Shown here: piece after piece, positions 1 through 9,710 of the stretch
Layout: each line of letters starts with the position of its first letter
Numbering within the stretch: position 1 is the first letter of the stretch
Source of the DNA: Candidatus Omnitrophota bacterium
GTDB taxonomy: Bacteria > Omnitrophota > Gorgyraeia > Gygaellales > Profunditerraquicolaceae
DNA length: 64,000 nucleotides
Assembly (NCBI GenBank): GCA_025453445.1
Contig: JALOQJ010000002.1
Coordinates: 6,249 to 70,248, forward strand
Reading direction: 5' to 3'
Notes under the pieces: model-generated
What the model was told of the DNA's origin: nothing
Databases searched by the model: none
What the model saw: the letters and a program-made list of their open reading frames with translations, nothing else
Translations under genes and position numbers: made by a program

Positions 1-106
1 TAGCAGTCACTTGATTCTTATAAATATCCAGATTGATATTCTTCAGGGCGTGAGTTTTACCGTAGTAAAAATTAACATTTTGTGCTGATATTTTATTAAT
101 GTACAT
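1..106 (-). CDS. pstB: Phosphate ABC transporter ATPase, N-terminal fragment (runs off window)
   Basis: Hand translation from ATG at 106: [35 protein letters not shown], a typical PstB N-terminus; overlaps the pstA stop. Confidence 0.85.
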   Translation of the reverse strand, partial: MYINKISAQNVNFYYGKTHALKNINLDIYKNQVTA

Positions 107-950
107 AAATAATCCTTTGTCTTTGCCTGACAATTATTGCCAGTATTGAAATTACCAGGACCAGAAACACGAGAACCAAAGCACTGCCATAAGCAATCTC
201 CGTTTGCCTTATAGGATGCGTCCCTTCAGTCATTAACGCATATATGTGATAGGGGAGAGCCATGACTTCACTAAAGACAGAATCAGGATAACCTTTTTTA
301 TAGAAGGTTGCCGCAGTAAATAAAATCGGGGCGGTTTCTCCGGCGACACGGCCAATACTTAATATTACGCCGGTAAGGATTCCCGGTAATGCCGAAGGCA
401 AAACTATCTTTTTTATAGTCTGCCAGTGCGTGGCGCCGACCGCTAAAGACGCTTCCCTTAAAGATTGCGGGACAGCCAATAACGCCTCCTGAGTAGAAGA
501 GATTATTCCCGGCAATACAAGTATACCCAGCGTCAACGCGCCCGAAAGAATAGAAACCCCGAAACCGAAAAACTTAACAAAGACCGCCAAACCAAAAAGC
601 CCGAATACTACTGATGGTACACCTGCCAGGTTATTTATGCCGATCCTGATCAGATTTACGATAAAACTTTTGGGGCTGTATTCGCAGAGATAAATTGCAC
701 AAGCCAAACCTAAAGGAAGCGCGAAAATTATCGCTCCCATTGTCAAATAAATTGTCCCCACTATTGCCGGAGCAATTCCGCCTTGCGTCATAAACTGTCT
801 CGGCCCTTGAGTCAGAAATTCCCAACTTATTATCCTGATGCCTTTTGAGACAATAAAGAAAAGCAAGGCTAAGAGGAAAAATAAAGTAGTGATCATGCAT
901 ATCCAAAGCAGGAGGAATCCTAAATTTTGAGGCAAATTACTTCTTCTCAT
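96..950 (-). CDS. pstA: Phosphate ABC transporter permease PstA
   Basis: [23 protein letters not shown] and [11 protein letters not shown] motifs; operon context. Confidence 0.95.
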   Translation of the reverse strand: MRRSNLPQNLGFLLLWICMITTLFFLLALLFFIVSKGIRIISWEFLTQGPRQFMTQGGIAPAIVGTIYLTMGAIIFALPLGLACAIYLCEYSPKSFIVNLIRIGINNLAGVPSVVFGLFGLAVFVKFFGFGVSILSGALTLGILVLPGIISSTQEALLAVPQSLREASLAVGATHWQTIKKIVLPSALPGILTGVILSIGRVAGETAPILFTAATFYKKGYPDSVFSEVMALPYHIYALMTEGTHPIRQTEIAYGSALVLVFLVLVISILAIIVRQRQRIIYVH

Positions 951-1852
951 CTTGCCAACCCAAGTTTAATCCGGAATCTCCGACTGATAAGTTCTGCAGC
1001 AATATTAAAAATAAATGTAATAATAAAAAGAATTAAACCGATAGCAAACAACGCATGGTAATGGCTGCTTCCCATTACCGCCTCACCCATTTCTGCGGCA
1101 ATCGTTGCTGTCATCGGCCTTACCGGTTCGAAAAACGATTTTGGTATTACTGCTGCTCCGCCTGCTGCCATGAGCACAGTCATAGTCTCTCCGATTGCCC
1201 GGCTCATTCCTAAAATAACTGCAGTGGAAATACCTGAACCGGCTGCAGGAATAACAACCTGTGTCAATGTCTGCCACCTGTTAGCCCCTACAGCAAAAGA
1301 AGCTTCGCGGAATGAATTCGGCACAAATCCCAAGGCATCTTCAGCAAGGCTGCATACAGTAGGCACAGCCATGATGCCTAAAACCAAACTTGCGGTAAAA
1401 GCGCATAAACCCGTCGGTAAATTCAGTAACTTCTGCAAAAAAGGAGACATAATCGCCATAGCAAAAAATCCGTATATAATAGAAGGAATACCGGCTAAAA
1501 TTTCAATCAATGGCTTTAGAACCGCTCTTTGTTTACTGCCTGCTATTTCATGTATATACAAAGCACTCCCTATACCCAAGGGTACACAGACCAACAGGGC
1601 GCCGAAAGTAACCCAAACTGAAGCCAAAATAAGAGGCAAGATCCCGAATTCCGCAGGATCATAAGTCGGATACCAAGATTTACCAAAAATAAAATCAAAA
1701 AAATCAACCTTCTGAAAAATCGGCAAACCTTCCTTGAAGAGTATGATTGAAATGCCAACTAAAAAGAATAAAGAGGCAAAAGCAAGAATTGCAAAAATCC
1801 AATGGTATAATCTTTCTTTTTTTCGTGACATATTTTTTATTTTATATGACAA
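947..1852 (-). CDS. pstC: Phosphate ABC transporter permease PstC (true start may be ATG at 1831)
   Basis: EILAGIPSIIYG, SRAIGETM and TIAAEMGEA motifs. Confidence 0.95.
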   Translation of the reverse strand: MSYKIKNMSRKKERLYHWIFAILAFASLFFLVGISIILFKEGLPIFQKVDFFDFIFGKSWYPTYDPAEFGILPLILASVWVTFGALLVCVPLGIGSALYIHEIAGSKQRAVLKPLIEILAGIPSIIYGFFAMAIMSPFLQKLLNLPTGLCAFTASLVLGIMAVPTVCSLAEDALGFVPNSFREASFAVGANRWQTLTQVVIPAAGSGISTAVILGMSRAIGETMTVLMAAGGAAVIPKSFFEPVRPMTATIAAEMGEAVMGSSHYHALFAIGLILFIITFIFNIAAELISRRFRIKLGLAR

Positions 1853-1876
1853 GCGCGGCAGGAAAACCTGCCGCGC
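1853..1876. terminator. GC-rich hairpin between pstS and pstC (attenuator or mRNA stabiliser)
   Basis: gcgcggcagg-aaaa-cctgccgcgc, perfect 10-bp stem. Confidence 0.6.
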
Positions 1877-1906
1877 CTGCCTTTTGCATGAACAAACGCA
1901 CTATTG

Positions 1907-2743
1907 TTACTTTAACGCAACAAAGCCCTGCTCATTGGCAATCTTTTGCCCTTCATCGCTTTTGATAAAATCAATAAAATCCCTGACCACGCCGTCGGGT
2001 ACGCCGTTAGTATACATAAAAAGCGGCCGTCCTACAGGATATTGCCCGCTAAGCACAGTTTCTTTTGAAGGCTTTATCCCGTCTATGTCCAAAGCCTTAA
2101 CTTCCGGAGTTAAATAACCTAAACCTACATAACCAATAGCTCCCGGTGTACGGCTAACTGTAGAAGCAACTGCCTGATTTGACGCCTGCATCAAAGCATC
2201 AGGCCGGACTTTCTGGCCTTCAAGAACCAGAATTCCGAATGCTTCAAAAGTGCCGCTTGAGGTATCGCGGGAGATAGCCACAATTCTCTCAGTCTTTCCG
2301 CCTAAATCAGACCAATAAGAAATTTTTCCCGTAAATATATCACTGGCTTGCTTTCTGCTTAAAGCAGAAATAGGGTTAGACGAATTTACAATTAAACAAA
2401 TTCCATCCATTGCCACCACATGCGCCTTTGGACTAACTCCATTACCTACAGCTTTCTCAATTTCTGCCTCTTTAATTGACCTTGACGAATCCGCGATATC
2501 GCAATTTTTATCAATTAAAGATGCTATGCCAACACCTGAACCGCCCCCGCGCACAGTAACATCCGTTTCTTGATTTTGGCGCATAAAAGTCTCTGCTGCT
2601 GCTTGGGCAATCGGAAGCACAGTAGTAGAACCTTCGATAATAACTCTTCTTTTATCCACACCAAAAGGGCCGCCGGCATAAGCACTAGTTACCGCGCAAG
2701 ACACCAAAAAGCATGCCAATAATAATTTCCCGAATTTGCTCAT
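1907..2743 (-). CDS. pstS: Phosphate-binding protein PstS
   Basis: GSTTVLP, GGGSGVGI and RDTSSGT motifs; signal peptide from ATG 2743 with GGAGG RBS. Confidence 0.93.
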   Translation of the reverse strand: MSKFGKLLLACFLVSCAVTSAYAGGPFGVDKRRVIIEGSTTVLPIAQAAAETFMRQNQETDVTVRGGGSGVGIASLIDKNCDIADSSRSIKEAEIEKAVGNGVSPKAHVVAMDGICLIVNSSNPISALSRKQASDIFTGKISYWSDLGGKTERIVAISRDTSSGTFEAFGILVLEGQKVRPDALMQASNQAVASTVSRTPGAIGYVGLGYLTPEVKALDIDGIKPSKETVLSGQYPVGRPLFMYTNGVPDGVVRDFIDFIKSDEGQKIANEQGFVALK

Positions 2744-2772
2744 TCTCTTGCCTCCTTTAAAAATTTCAAATT

Positions 2773-4059
2773 TTACCATTTCAAATTCCAATCAACCTGA
2801 ACAACTTGCTGCGGTAAATAACTTCCTGATGCTGAGCCGCTTGTTTGCTGGGATAAAGACTTCGCCCAATAATAATCAAGACATAGGCTGGTATTTTTTC
2901 CCAAGCCATATTCAAGGATTGCTTCAACGCTCTTCATATTAGTTTTTCCGTTATAACGGTCTGAATCAGGAAAAATATCAAGGAAAGCATCCCTGCCTAA
3001 TTTGGAAAAAAGGATTCTTGACTGCCACTGCCCCCAATCTCCGACTTTCTCATGCCCGAATTTAATGCCGGCATCAAAACCGCTCTTACCGGTATCAGGA
3101 TCCGGATTATATACAAAATCACTGAACATGCCGGCATAGGGTATATATTTCGCCAAAACCGGAATGCTTGAGAAAGGATCCCTGATGCCAACTTCCAAGC
3201 TAGGGTTGACTACATTATAATGGTATTTATACTGATTGTTACGAGTAAGTGAATTAGTGGATTGTTTGGCAAATTTCCCCACTCCGGTAATATTAGAAAA
3301 ATAATAACCGGTAACTGCAGCTCTCAAGTCAACTTTATCACGCCAGTTATATTTGATACCGGGTTGGAAAGCCCACATCAATGAATTCAATCCTTTAGCA
3401 TCATCATAACCTAAAACAAACATTTCAGTATTTAGAAACAGCCCTAAAGATGGGTTTAACCGGTAATCCATCTGCATATTAAGGCCTTCAGGATTTAAAT
3501 CAGTATCCCAAAGCAAATCCGTAGGCTGCCAAATAGGATTTTTGAATTTACCGCCGGTTAAGGTCAACCAAGTAGTAGGAGAATACGAACCGTAAGCATA
3601 ATCCAATATTACGGTTTTGGAAGCGCCGGGAGTCGTAGGATCATTACCAAGGGTTACATTTGTTGAACGCGGGTCACTTGTGCTGCCGGTAGCAAGCCCC
3701 AAGCCAACTTTCATCTGGTCATTAACTTTAGCTTCCGCACCCAGCCTTACCCTGATCCTTGCCTGGTTAGTATCATCTTTAGCTCTTTGCCTTGTATACT
3801 GATAACGCATCCTGAAATCACCTTTAAACTTAAGCCTCTGCACCCACTCCGGCAATAATTCATATTTTGCCGATACGATTTCTTTCCTGATTTCTTCTTT
3901 GGTTTCGGTTTTTACCTGCTGCGCTTCTCCCGGTGTTAAAACACCTTTTTCTACAAGTTTCTGTAAAAGCAGGTCTATCTCGCCTGCATAAGCCTTATTA
4001 AAATTAAAACACATGAGACTAAACATAGAGATTAAAAATACCCCTAAAAACCTCCTCAT
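2773..4059 (-). CDS. Putative outer-membrane porin, probably phosphate-related
   Basis: Signal peptide, LVEKGVLT N-terminal segment, FKGDFRMRY and amphipathic beta-strands, C-terminal aromatic residue (VDWNLKW); directly upstream of pstS. Confidence 0.75.
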   Translation of the reverse strand: MRRFLGVFLISMFSLMCFNFNKAYAGEIDLLLQKLVEKGVLTPGEAQQVKTETKEEIRKEIVSAKYELLPEWVQRLKFKGDFRMRYQYTRQRAKDDTNQARIRVRLGAEAKVNDQMKVGLGLATGSTSDPRSTNVTLGNDPTTPGASKTVILDYAYGSYSPTTWLTLTGGKFKNPIWQPTDLLWDTDLNPEGLNMQMDYRLNPSLGLFLNTEMFVLGYDDAKGLNSLMWAFQPGIKYNWRDKVDLRAAVTGYYFSNITGVGKFAKQSTNSLTRNNQYKYHYNVVNPSLEVGIRDPFSSIPVLAKYIPYAGMFSDFVYNPDPDTGKSGFDAGIKFGHEKVGDWGQWQSRILFSKLGRDAFLDIFPDSDRYNGKTNMKSVEAILEYGLGKNTSLCLDYYWAKSLSQQTSGSASGSYLPQQVVQVDWNLKW

Positions 4060-4126
4060 TTCTCTTCCCTCCTTTTTGTTTAATTGTTTGCAAAAAATTC
4101 CCAAATATCCTTCCCTCCTTTCAGTT

Positions 4127-4546
4127 TTACTTCATTGAACACTTCTCAACTAAAAATTCCTTATCCGACAATACAGCCATTTCCCTGATAATACCAATCA
4201 GTACTCCTATATTAAATGGTTTGCTAAGGTAATAATCCGCCCCTAAAATATGGGCATAGAGCTTATCCTGCATATCACACTTCGCACTTATAACAACTAC
4301 AAAAGTATTGAATGCCTTGGGATTATCTTTCAATGCTTTACAGATGTTAAAACCATCAAGACCGGGCAGCATGATATCCAAAACCACAATATCAAAATGC
4401 TCAAGATGCAATGTTTCCTTAGCTGCAATCCCATCGTAAGCAGAAGTCACTGCAAACCCCTCTTTAACAAGATTATAAGAAATGAGTTCATTTATATCCC
4501 TGTCATCTTCAACTACTAAAATCTTCTTCTTATTTTCCATATCCAT
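4127..4546 (-). CDS. Single-domain response regulator (receiver)
   Basis: ILVVEDD, LDIMLPGLDG and YLSKPF; no output domain. Confidence 0.88.
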   Translation of the reverse strand: MDMENKKKILVVEDDRDINELISYNLVKEGFAVTSAYDGIAAKETLHLEHFDIVVLDIMLPGLDGFNICKALKDNPKAFNTFVVVISAKCDMQDKLYAHILGADYYLSKPFNIGVLIGIIREMAVLSDKEFLVEKCSMK

Positions 4547-4574
4547 TTTCCTTTTAGATTATTACTTATTCTAT

Positions 4575-4682
4575 TCAGGCGTATTGCCCGTAGAATCTAT
4601 CCATGCTCTCAATCTCTGATTCGATTAACGCATCGAAATACCGGACGATTCTTGTAATGATTTTTTTAGCTCTCTTGAACAT
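4575..4682 (-). CDS. Small 35-aa ORF (MFKRAKKIITRIVRYFDALIESEIESMDRFYGQYA)
   Basis: ATG preceded by AAAGGTGAGG; lies just downstream of the Pho-box-like promoter; below the ORF-track cutoff. Confidence 0.45.
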   Translation of the reverse strand: MFKRAKKIITRIVRYFDALIESEIESMDRFYGQYA

Positions 4683-4711
4683 GCCTCACCTTTATCCTTT
4701 CCTCAGGACAA

Positions 4712-4765
4712 AGTATAGAATATGGGCATTAAATTGATTTGAAGGAGGTGTAAAATGTAGGTAAA
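4712..4765 (-). promoter_or_regulatory. Pho-box-like array and -10 element
   Basis: Minus strand: TTTACC-N5-TTTACA-N5-TTCAAA-N5-TTAATG (11-bp period), then TATACT; upstream of receiver-porin-pstSCAB. Confidence 0.6.
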
Positions 4766-4770
4766 CAAAA

Positions 4771-4850
4771 GTAGGGACGGTTCTCAAGCCAAAGCAGAAG
4801 TGTCCCCTTTAAAGGGGACACTTCTAGAACAAATTGAGAACCGTCCCTAC
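4771..4850. repeat. GTAG-type REP doublet (empty copy of the RAYT-flanking element)
   Basis: Outer IR gtagggacggttctcaa / ttgagaaccgtccctac; inner IR agaagtgtccccttt / aaaggggacacttct. Confidence 0.85.
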
Positions 4851-6632
4851 TTATATAGGAAGGTTAAACCAGAATTTTGATCCGAGGCCTTCAACGCTCT
4901 CGACGCCAACAGAGCCTTTGTGCAATTCAATAATATGTTTTACAATTGAAAGCCCAAGGCCAGTGCCGCCGAGTTCGCGCGAGCGCGCTTTATCAACACG
5001 ATAGAAACGTTCAAAGATCCGAGGAAGATCTTTTGTAGGGATACCAATTCCTGAGTCTTCTACAATAACCTTAGTTTTGCCTGTTAGATCCTGAGAATAG
5101 ATTTTAACAAAACCGTTATCTCTATTGAATTTAATGGCATTAGCCAGCAAATTTGTAATCACTTGTTCGATCTTATCCTTATCTGCCAGAATCATTAAGC
5201 CTGATTGCAAATTATTTTCAATCTTAATATTCTTCTTATTTAATTGTGATGTAAATCCTAAAATCACCTTATTGAATAAATCGCGCAGCTTGATTTCTTG
5301 GGAATCCAATTCTATCTCCCGCGATTCAATACGAGAAAGTTCAAGCAAATCATTAATCAGGTTATCCAAACGGTTTGTGTGCTCATGGACAATTTCTAAG
5401 AAATGAAGGCTATTTTCCTTATCATTAAGCGCCCCCTCTAAAAGAGTTTCAACAAACCCTTTTATCGAAGTAAGCGGAGTCTTCAGCTCATGCGAAACAT
5501 TTGCCACGAAATCCCGGCGCATAGTTTCCAATTTCCTTATCTCGGTAATATCATGTAAAACCAGCAGGCTGCCATTGATCATGCCTTGCTTTTCATAAAT
5601 AGGCGCGACATTGACCTGAAAAACCCCCTGCACAGGCCAAGATAGGATAAGCTCCCTGGAAACAGATTCTCCCTTTTTTAGCGCCCTGCTTATCTCTTCT
5701 GCAATATCGCTATTGCGTATAACTTCTAAAAATAATTTTCCTTGTGCTTCTTTCTTTTTAATAGCAAATATCTTTTCTATGGCAGAATTAATAGAAACAA
5801 TCCGGCTTTCTTTATCTAAAACAACTACGCCTTCTATCATGCTGTTGAAAACCGCTGTCAGCTGCTGGCTTTGAATTGTAATTTCCCTTACTTTCTCTTC
5901 TATATCTTCTGCCATCTTATTTAAAGTCCGGGCAAGTTCACCAATTTCATCTTGAGAATCATGCAGTATCTTTCGGCTGAAGTCGCCTAAGGAAAACCTG
6001 CGCGAAGCATGGATGATTTTATTCACCGGCTTAATTATAGTGCCGGCTAACATAGAACCGAAAACAAAAGCAAGGCCTAAAGCAAACAAGAAACCCAAAG
6101 TAACTGCTTTTCTAATAACTAATAAATTCCTCCTGACATTCTCAAGCGGAAGCGCTACTCTTATTGCTCCGATCACCGCCTTTTTATAGCGAAGCGGTAT
6201 AGCCACATAAAGCATGTCTATCCTGAGGGTAGAAGAATACCTGATGGATTCTCCCGTACTCCCGACTAAAGCTTGTTTAAATTCCGGGCGCGAGGCATGA
6301 TTTTCCATACCTTGCAGATCAGTTTGAGATTTTTCAGAATCCGCCAAAACCTTGCCTGAAAGCCCTATTATCGTTAAGCGAGCATTATTCTTTTGGCTAA
6401 AATTTTTTACCAGCTCAGACAAATAAAGTAAAGACTCGTTTTGGATAGCCTCTGTAGAAATCTGAGTTTCAATAAGATTAGCCTGATTAATAAGGGAAGA
6501 TTTTAAATCCTGAAGGGAATTTTCTTCCAGTTTTTTATCCAGAAAAAAAGCAACCAAACCAAAAGAAAATAAAACTACCAAAAAATACGAAAAAATCAGC
6601 TTAAATTTAAAACTTTGCTTCTTAAATATCAT
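4851..6632 (-). CDS. phoR: Phosphate regulon sensor histidine kinase
   Basis: Two TM helices, HAMP, PAS, H-box FVANVSHELKTPLT, HATPase motifs RFYRVDKARSR and GTGLGL. Confidence 0.92.
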   Translation of the reverse strand: MIFKKQSFKFKLIFSYFLVVLFSFGLVAFFLDKKLEENSLQDLKSSLINQANLIETQISTEAIQNESLLYLSELVKNFSQKNNARLTIIGLSGKVLADSEKSQTDLQGMENHASRPEFKQALVGSTGESIRYSSTLRIDMLYVAIPLRYKKAVIGAIRVALPLENVRRNLLVIRKAVTLGFLFALGLAFVFGSMLAGTIIKPVNKIIHASRRFSLGDFSRKILHDSQDEIGELARTLNKMAEDIEEKVREITIQSQQLTAVFNSMIEGVVVLDKESRIVSINSAIEKIFAIKKKEAQGKLFLEVIRNSDIAEEISRALKKGESVSRELILSWPVQGVFQVNVAPIYEKQGMINGSLLVLHDITEIRKLETMRRDFVANVSHELKTPLTSIKGFVETLLEGALNDKENSLHFLEIVHEHTNRLDNLINDLLELSRIESREIELDSQEIKLRDLFNKVILGFTSQLNKKNIKIENNLQSGLMILADKDKIEQVITNLLANAIKFNRDNGFVKIYSQDLTGKTKVIVEDSGIGIPTKDLPRIFERFYRVDKARSRELGGTGLGLSIVKHIIELHKGSVGVESVEGLGSKFWFNLPI

Positions 6633-7300
6633 TATTTTGATTTAATAGCTAATACCTTAATCAAATCTGCAGCATCCTCTATCTTATCAGTTACTCCTTC
6701 CAGATATTCAGCAAGCTGATAAGTCAAAAGTAAAATAGTCGGCTCCAGCTTCTCATGTATTATTGCCCCAATTAAAACTTTTTTCTGATCATCTGCTTCA
6801 TGCTCCAGCTTATCAATCTCTTCGCAGTCAGAAAGGGCTGTCTTTAAATCGCTCTTTGCCAATGCCTGAATTGCCTCTCTTAATTTGGAAACTGAAGCAG
6901 AAATCAGCTCTGTTGCGCTGGAAATGTTTTTCACAATGTTCTCCGGAGGCTTCGCTTCAATAAAACCCAGAAGCCGGGCTGCGCCGTTTGTCCAGTCTGC
7001 AATTTTATCCAAAGTCTTTACAAAATGCATTAAATCTTCTCTATCCGGAGGCATTAATAACCCTTCGGAAAGTTCCTTTACCATCTTTGAACGCAATAAA
7101 TCTGCCTGATGCTCACCCTCCCTGACTTTCTCGATGGCAATGCTTTTGCCATTAGTATCGCCCTGAGCAAATGCACGCACAGCTTCGGAAAACGAGATTA
7201 CTGTTTTATAAGTTTCCTCGACGTGCTTAAGCGCATCCTTTATGATTGAATGTTCTTCTTCCATCGCAAGCCAGCCTAAGATATTCCTGATTTCTTTCAT
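6632..7300 (-). CDS. DUF47 / PhoU-like phosphate transport regulator
   Basis: EHQAD, PPDREDL, LEHEAD and DKIEDAAD motifs; adjacent to a PiT transporter. Confidence 0.88.
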   Translation of the reverse strand: MKEIRNILGWLAMEEEHSIIKDALKHVEETYKTVISFSEAVRAFAQGDTNGKSIAIEKVREGEHQADLLRSKMVKELSEGLLMPPDREDLMHFVKTLDKIADWTNGAARLLGFIEAKPPENIVKNISSATELISASVSKLREAIQALAKSDLKTALSDCEEIDKLEHEADDQKKVLIGAIIHEKLEPTILLLTYQLAEYLEGVTDKIEDAADLIKVLAIKSK

Positions 7301-7313
7301 TGCAATACCCTCC

Positions 7314-8291
7314 TTATACTTTTAGGAAAAACCTTATTCCTTTAAAAATTATAAAACTGATTACTCCTGAAATAAATGGCGTTGCTAACCAGCATAAGAC
7401 GATATCCTTCATAATCCGCAAATTCAGAACCCGCGTGCCTCTGACTAACCCAACCCCGCAGATTGCACCTACGATAGAATGGCTGGTTGAAACAGGAATG
7501 CCAAATATCGTATAGACATGGACGTTAATCGCACTTGCCAACTGAGCAGCAAGCGCCATAATCGGTAAGAGCTGGGTAATCTCTGTGCCGATAGTTTCAA
7601 TAACTTTATAACCCCAAGTCATAATGCCTAGAATAATTGCCAAGCCGCCGAAAACCACACTTACCTTAGGCGTTAGAACTCCTGCTCCGGCAATTACGCC
7701 AGTGGCATTAGCAACATCATTTGCGCCCCAAGTATAGGCAACGTAACAACCGCTGATAATAATCAAAGGAGTAATCACAAATTTCAGGTATTTACGCGGA
7801 ATAATCCTATAGAATAAATTTTTTAAAAGCCGATAAATTATATAACCTAATATTGCCGCACCCACAGGAGTAAAAATCCAACAGATAAATATATCCGACA
7901 GTGCTTTCCATCTCACCGGTGCACCAATACTTAAACCTGCACCGGCAACTGCGCCGACAATCGAATGGCTGGTTGAAATCGGCATTTTCCAGTAAGTTGC
8001 TAAAACTACCCAAGCGCAGGCTGAGAACATTGCAACTACTGCCAAATACAGGCCTAAGTCCTTGCTTAGCTGATCTATAGGTACGATCCCTTTACCGATG
8101 GTTTTGGTCACATATGCACCCTGCAAAAATGCGCCCAAAAAACCGAAGACCACAATTAAAATAATTGCCTGACGCAGAGTTAATGCTTTTGATCCAACAG
8201 CTGTGCCTAAGGAATTAGCTGCATCATTCGCACCAATTGACCAACCGATAGCAGCAGCCATTAATAATACTAAGAGAATTAAAAATACCAT
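7314..8291 (-). CDS. PiT-family inorganic phosphate transporter
   Basis: Two GAND(A/V)AN signatures and two P(I/V)STSHSIVGA motifs. Confidence 0.92.
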   Translation of the reverse strand: MVFLILLVLLMAAAIGWSIGANDAANSLGTAVGSKALTLRQAIILIVVFGFLGAFLQGAYVTKTIGKGIVPIDQLSKDLGLYLAVVAMFSACAWVVLATYWKMPISTSHSIVGAVAGAGLSIGAPVRWKALSDIFICWIFTPVGAAILGYIIYRLLKNLFYRIIPRKYLKFVITPLIIISGCYVAYTWGANDVANATGVIAGAGVLTPKVSVVFGGLAIILGIMTWGYKVIETIGTEITQLLPIMALAAQLASAINVHVYTIFGIPVSTSHSIVGAICGVGLVRGTRVLNLRIMKDIVLCWLATPFISGVISFIIFKGIRFFLKV

Positions 8292-8980
8292 TATTCTAAC
8301 TCAAATCTGTAACCGTAATTCTTTACCGTAACGATATACTCTGCTGCCCTCTTTAATTTCTTGCGTAATGTCCTGATATGCACATCAACAGTCCGTGTTT
8401 GAATTTCAATGGCATGGTCAAAACCCCAGATAGTATCCAGAAGATAATCGCGTGAAAGCACTCTTCCCTTGGCTTTAATTAATGTTTTCAATAATTCAAA
8501 TTCTTTGCTGGTTAATTCTACTGGTTTTCCGCCTACGCTTACTTGAATTTTAGAAAAATCAATCGAGAGCATCCCTATTTTAAGAATTTCCGGCAAATCG
8601 CCTTTTTCTTTCACACGGCGCAAAACAGCTTTTATGCGGGCAATTAGTTCGCGTGGGCTAAAAGGCTTGGTAATATAATCATCTGCTCCTAATTCAAGCC
8701 CGACGATTTTATCTGCCTCCTGTGCCTTGGCAGTCAGCATGATAATCGGAATATTAGCAGTTTTATTTTCTTTTTTTATAGTTTTACAGACCTCTAATCC
8801 GTCAAGCCCGGGAAGCATCAAATCTAAAACAATCAAATCAGGACGTTCTTTCAGCGCTGAATCAATAGCATCTTCGCCGTCATATGCTGAAATTACCCTG
8901 AAACCTTCTTTCTTCAAGTTATAATCAAGCATTTTGATAATATCGCGCTCATCATCAACAATTAAAATTTTTTCTTTCAC
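8291..8980 (-). CDS. phoB: OmpR/PhoB-family response regulator
   Basis: Receiver plus winged helix (RTVDVHIRTLRKKL); co-transcribed with phoR; GTG start. Confidence 0.88.
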   Translation of the reverse strand: MKEKILIVDDERDIIKMLDYNLKKEGFRVISAYDGEDAIDSALKERPDLIVLDLMLPGLDGLEVCKTIKKENKTANIPIIMLTAKAQEADKIVGLELGADDYITKPFSPRELIARIKAVLRRVKEKGDLPEILKIGMLSIDFSKIQVSVGGKPVELTSKEFELLKTLIKAKGRVLSRDYLLDTIWGFDHAIEIQTRTVDVHIRTLRKKLKRAAEYIVTVKNYGYRFELE

Positions 8981-9038
8981 CCCGCCCTTCTTTCTCTCTA
9001 ATTATCCCCACCCTAATGCTTAAGAAGGGCGTGGTTCA
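8979..9038. repeat. Small IR element supplying the phoB start codon
   Basis: accccgcccttc ... gaagggcgtggt; homologous to 42441-42515. Confidence 0.65.
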
Positions 9039-9710
9039 TTATTTTTTACCTTTACAAACATTCACGCAAACACCGCAAATATATTGATCCACAAAGCGCA
9101 GCTTCTGAAACTCTTTTAATTTTTCAAAACATTTAATATGATCAAAATCTTCCGGCCTATCTTTAATTGCTCCTGCCGGACATATTTTAACACAAATCGA
9201 ACAATTACCGCAATCTTCTTTTAGCGGCTTATCGATTTGAAGCGGCATATCAGTAAGAATAGTGCTCAGACGGAATTGGCTGCCGATTTTTTTATTAATT
9301 AATAAATTATTCCTGCCAATCCAGCCTAAACCAGCTAAGACGCCGATTTTTTTATGCGATAGATGCGCAGTTTGTTTCTGCCAGTCAACGATTTGCGAAG
9401 CAGGAATGGAAACAGTAAGAAAACCTTTTTGCTGAATATAATTGCTCACCCTGAAAGTTAACTGATCCAACAGGGCATTGGCTGTTTTGTAGTGATGGAA
9501 ATACAGCCGGGTGGGAGAATTCTCTATATCGCTTAAAATGCCGGGCGAAAGCCGCAGGCCTAAACTTACGGCTTTATCGATCTTATTTAAAATTTTTTCT
9601 GAAAGGTTAAAATCATTTTTAAGTGCCTTAATATCACCGACGCCGAATAATTCTATGCCTAAGCTTTGCGCAAGTTTTTTTAAGGCGAGATAATTCTTTT
9701 TTTTATCCAT
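9039..9710 (-). CDS. QueG / reductive-dehalogenase-like 4Fe-4S protein
   Basis: SHKKIGVLAGLGWIGRNNL, CGNCSICVKICP and CGVCVNVC. Confidence 0.8.
   Translation of the reverse strand: MDKKKNYLALKKLAQSLGIELFGVGDIKALKNDFNLSEKILNKIDKAVSLGLRLSPGILSDIENSPTRLYFHHYKTANALLDQLTFRVSNYIQQKGFLTVSIPASQIVDWQKQTAHLSHKKIGVLAGLGWIGRNNLLINKKIGSQFRLSTILTDMPLQIDKPLKEDCGNCSICVKICPAGAIKDRPEDFDHIKCFEKLKEFQKLRFVDQYICGVCVNVCKGKK

Noticed and set aside
1170-1664. Long antisense ORFs over pstC, nrdJ, pilC and other conserved genes
   Set aside because: Typical codon-aligned shadow ORFs with no independent motifs
2541-2554. ccgcccccgcgcac in pstS resembling the junction motif
   Set aside because: Not an exact match; it encodes the conserved VRGGGSG motif of PstS
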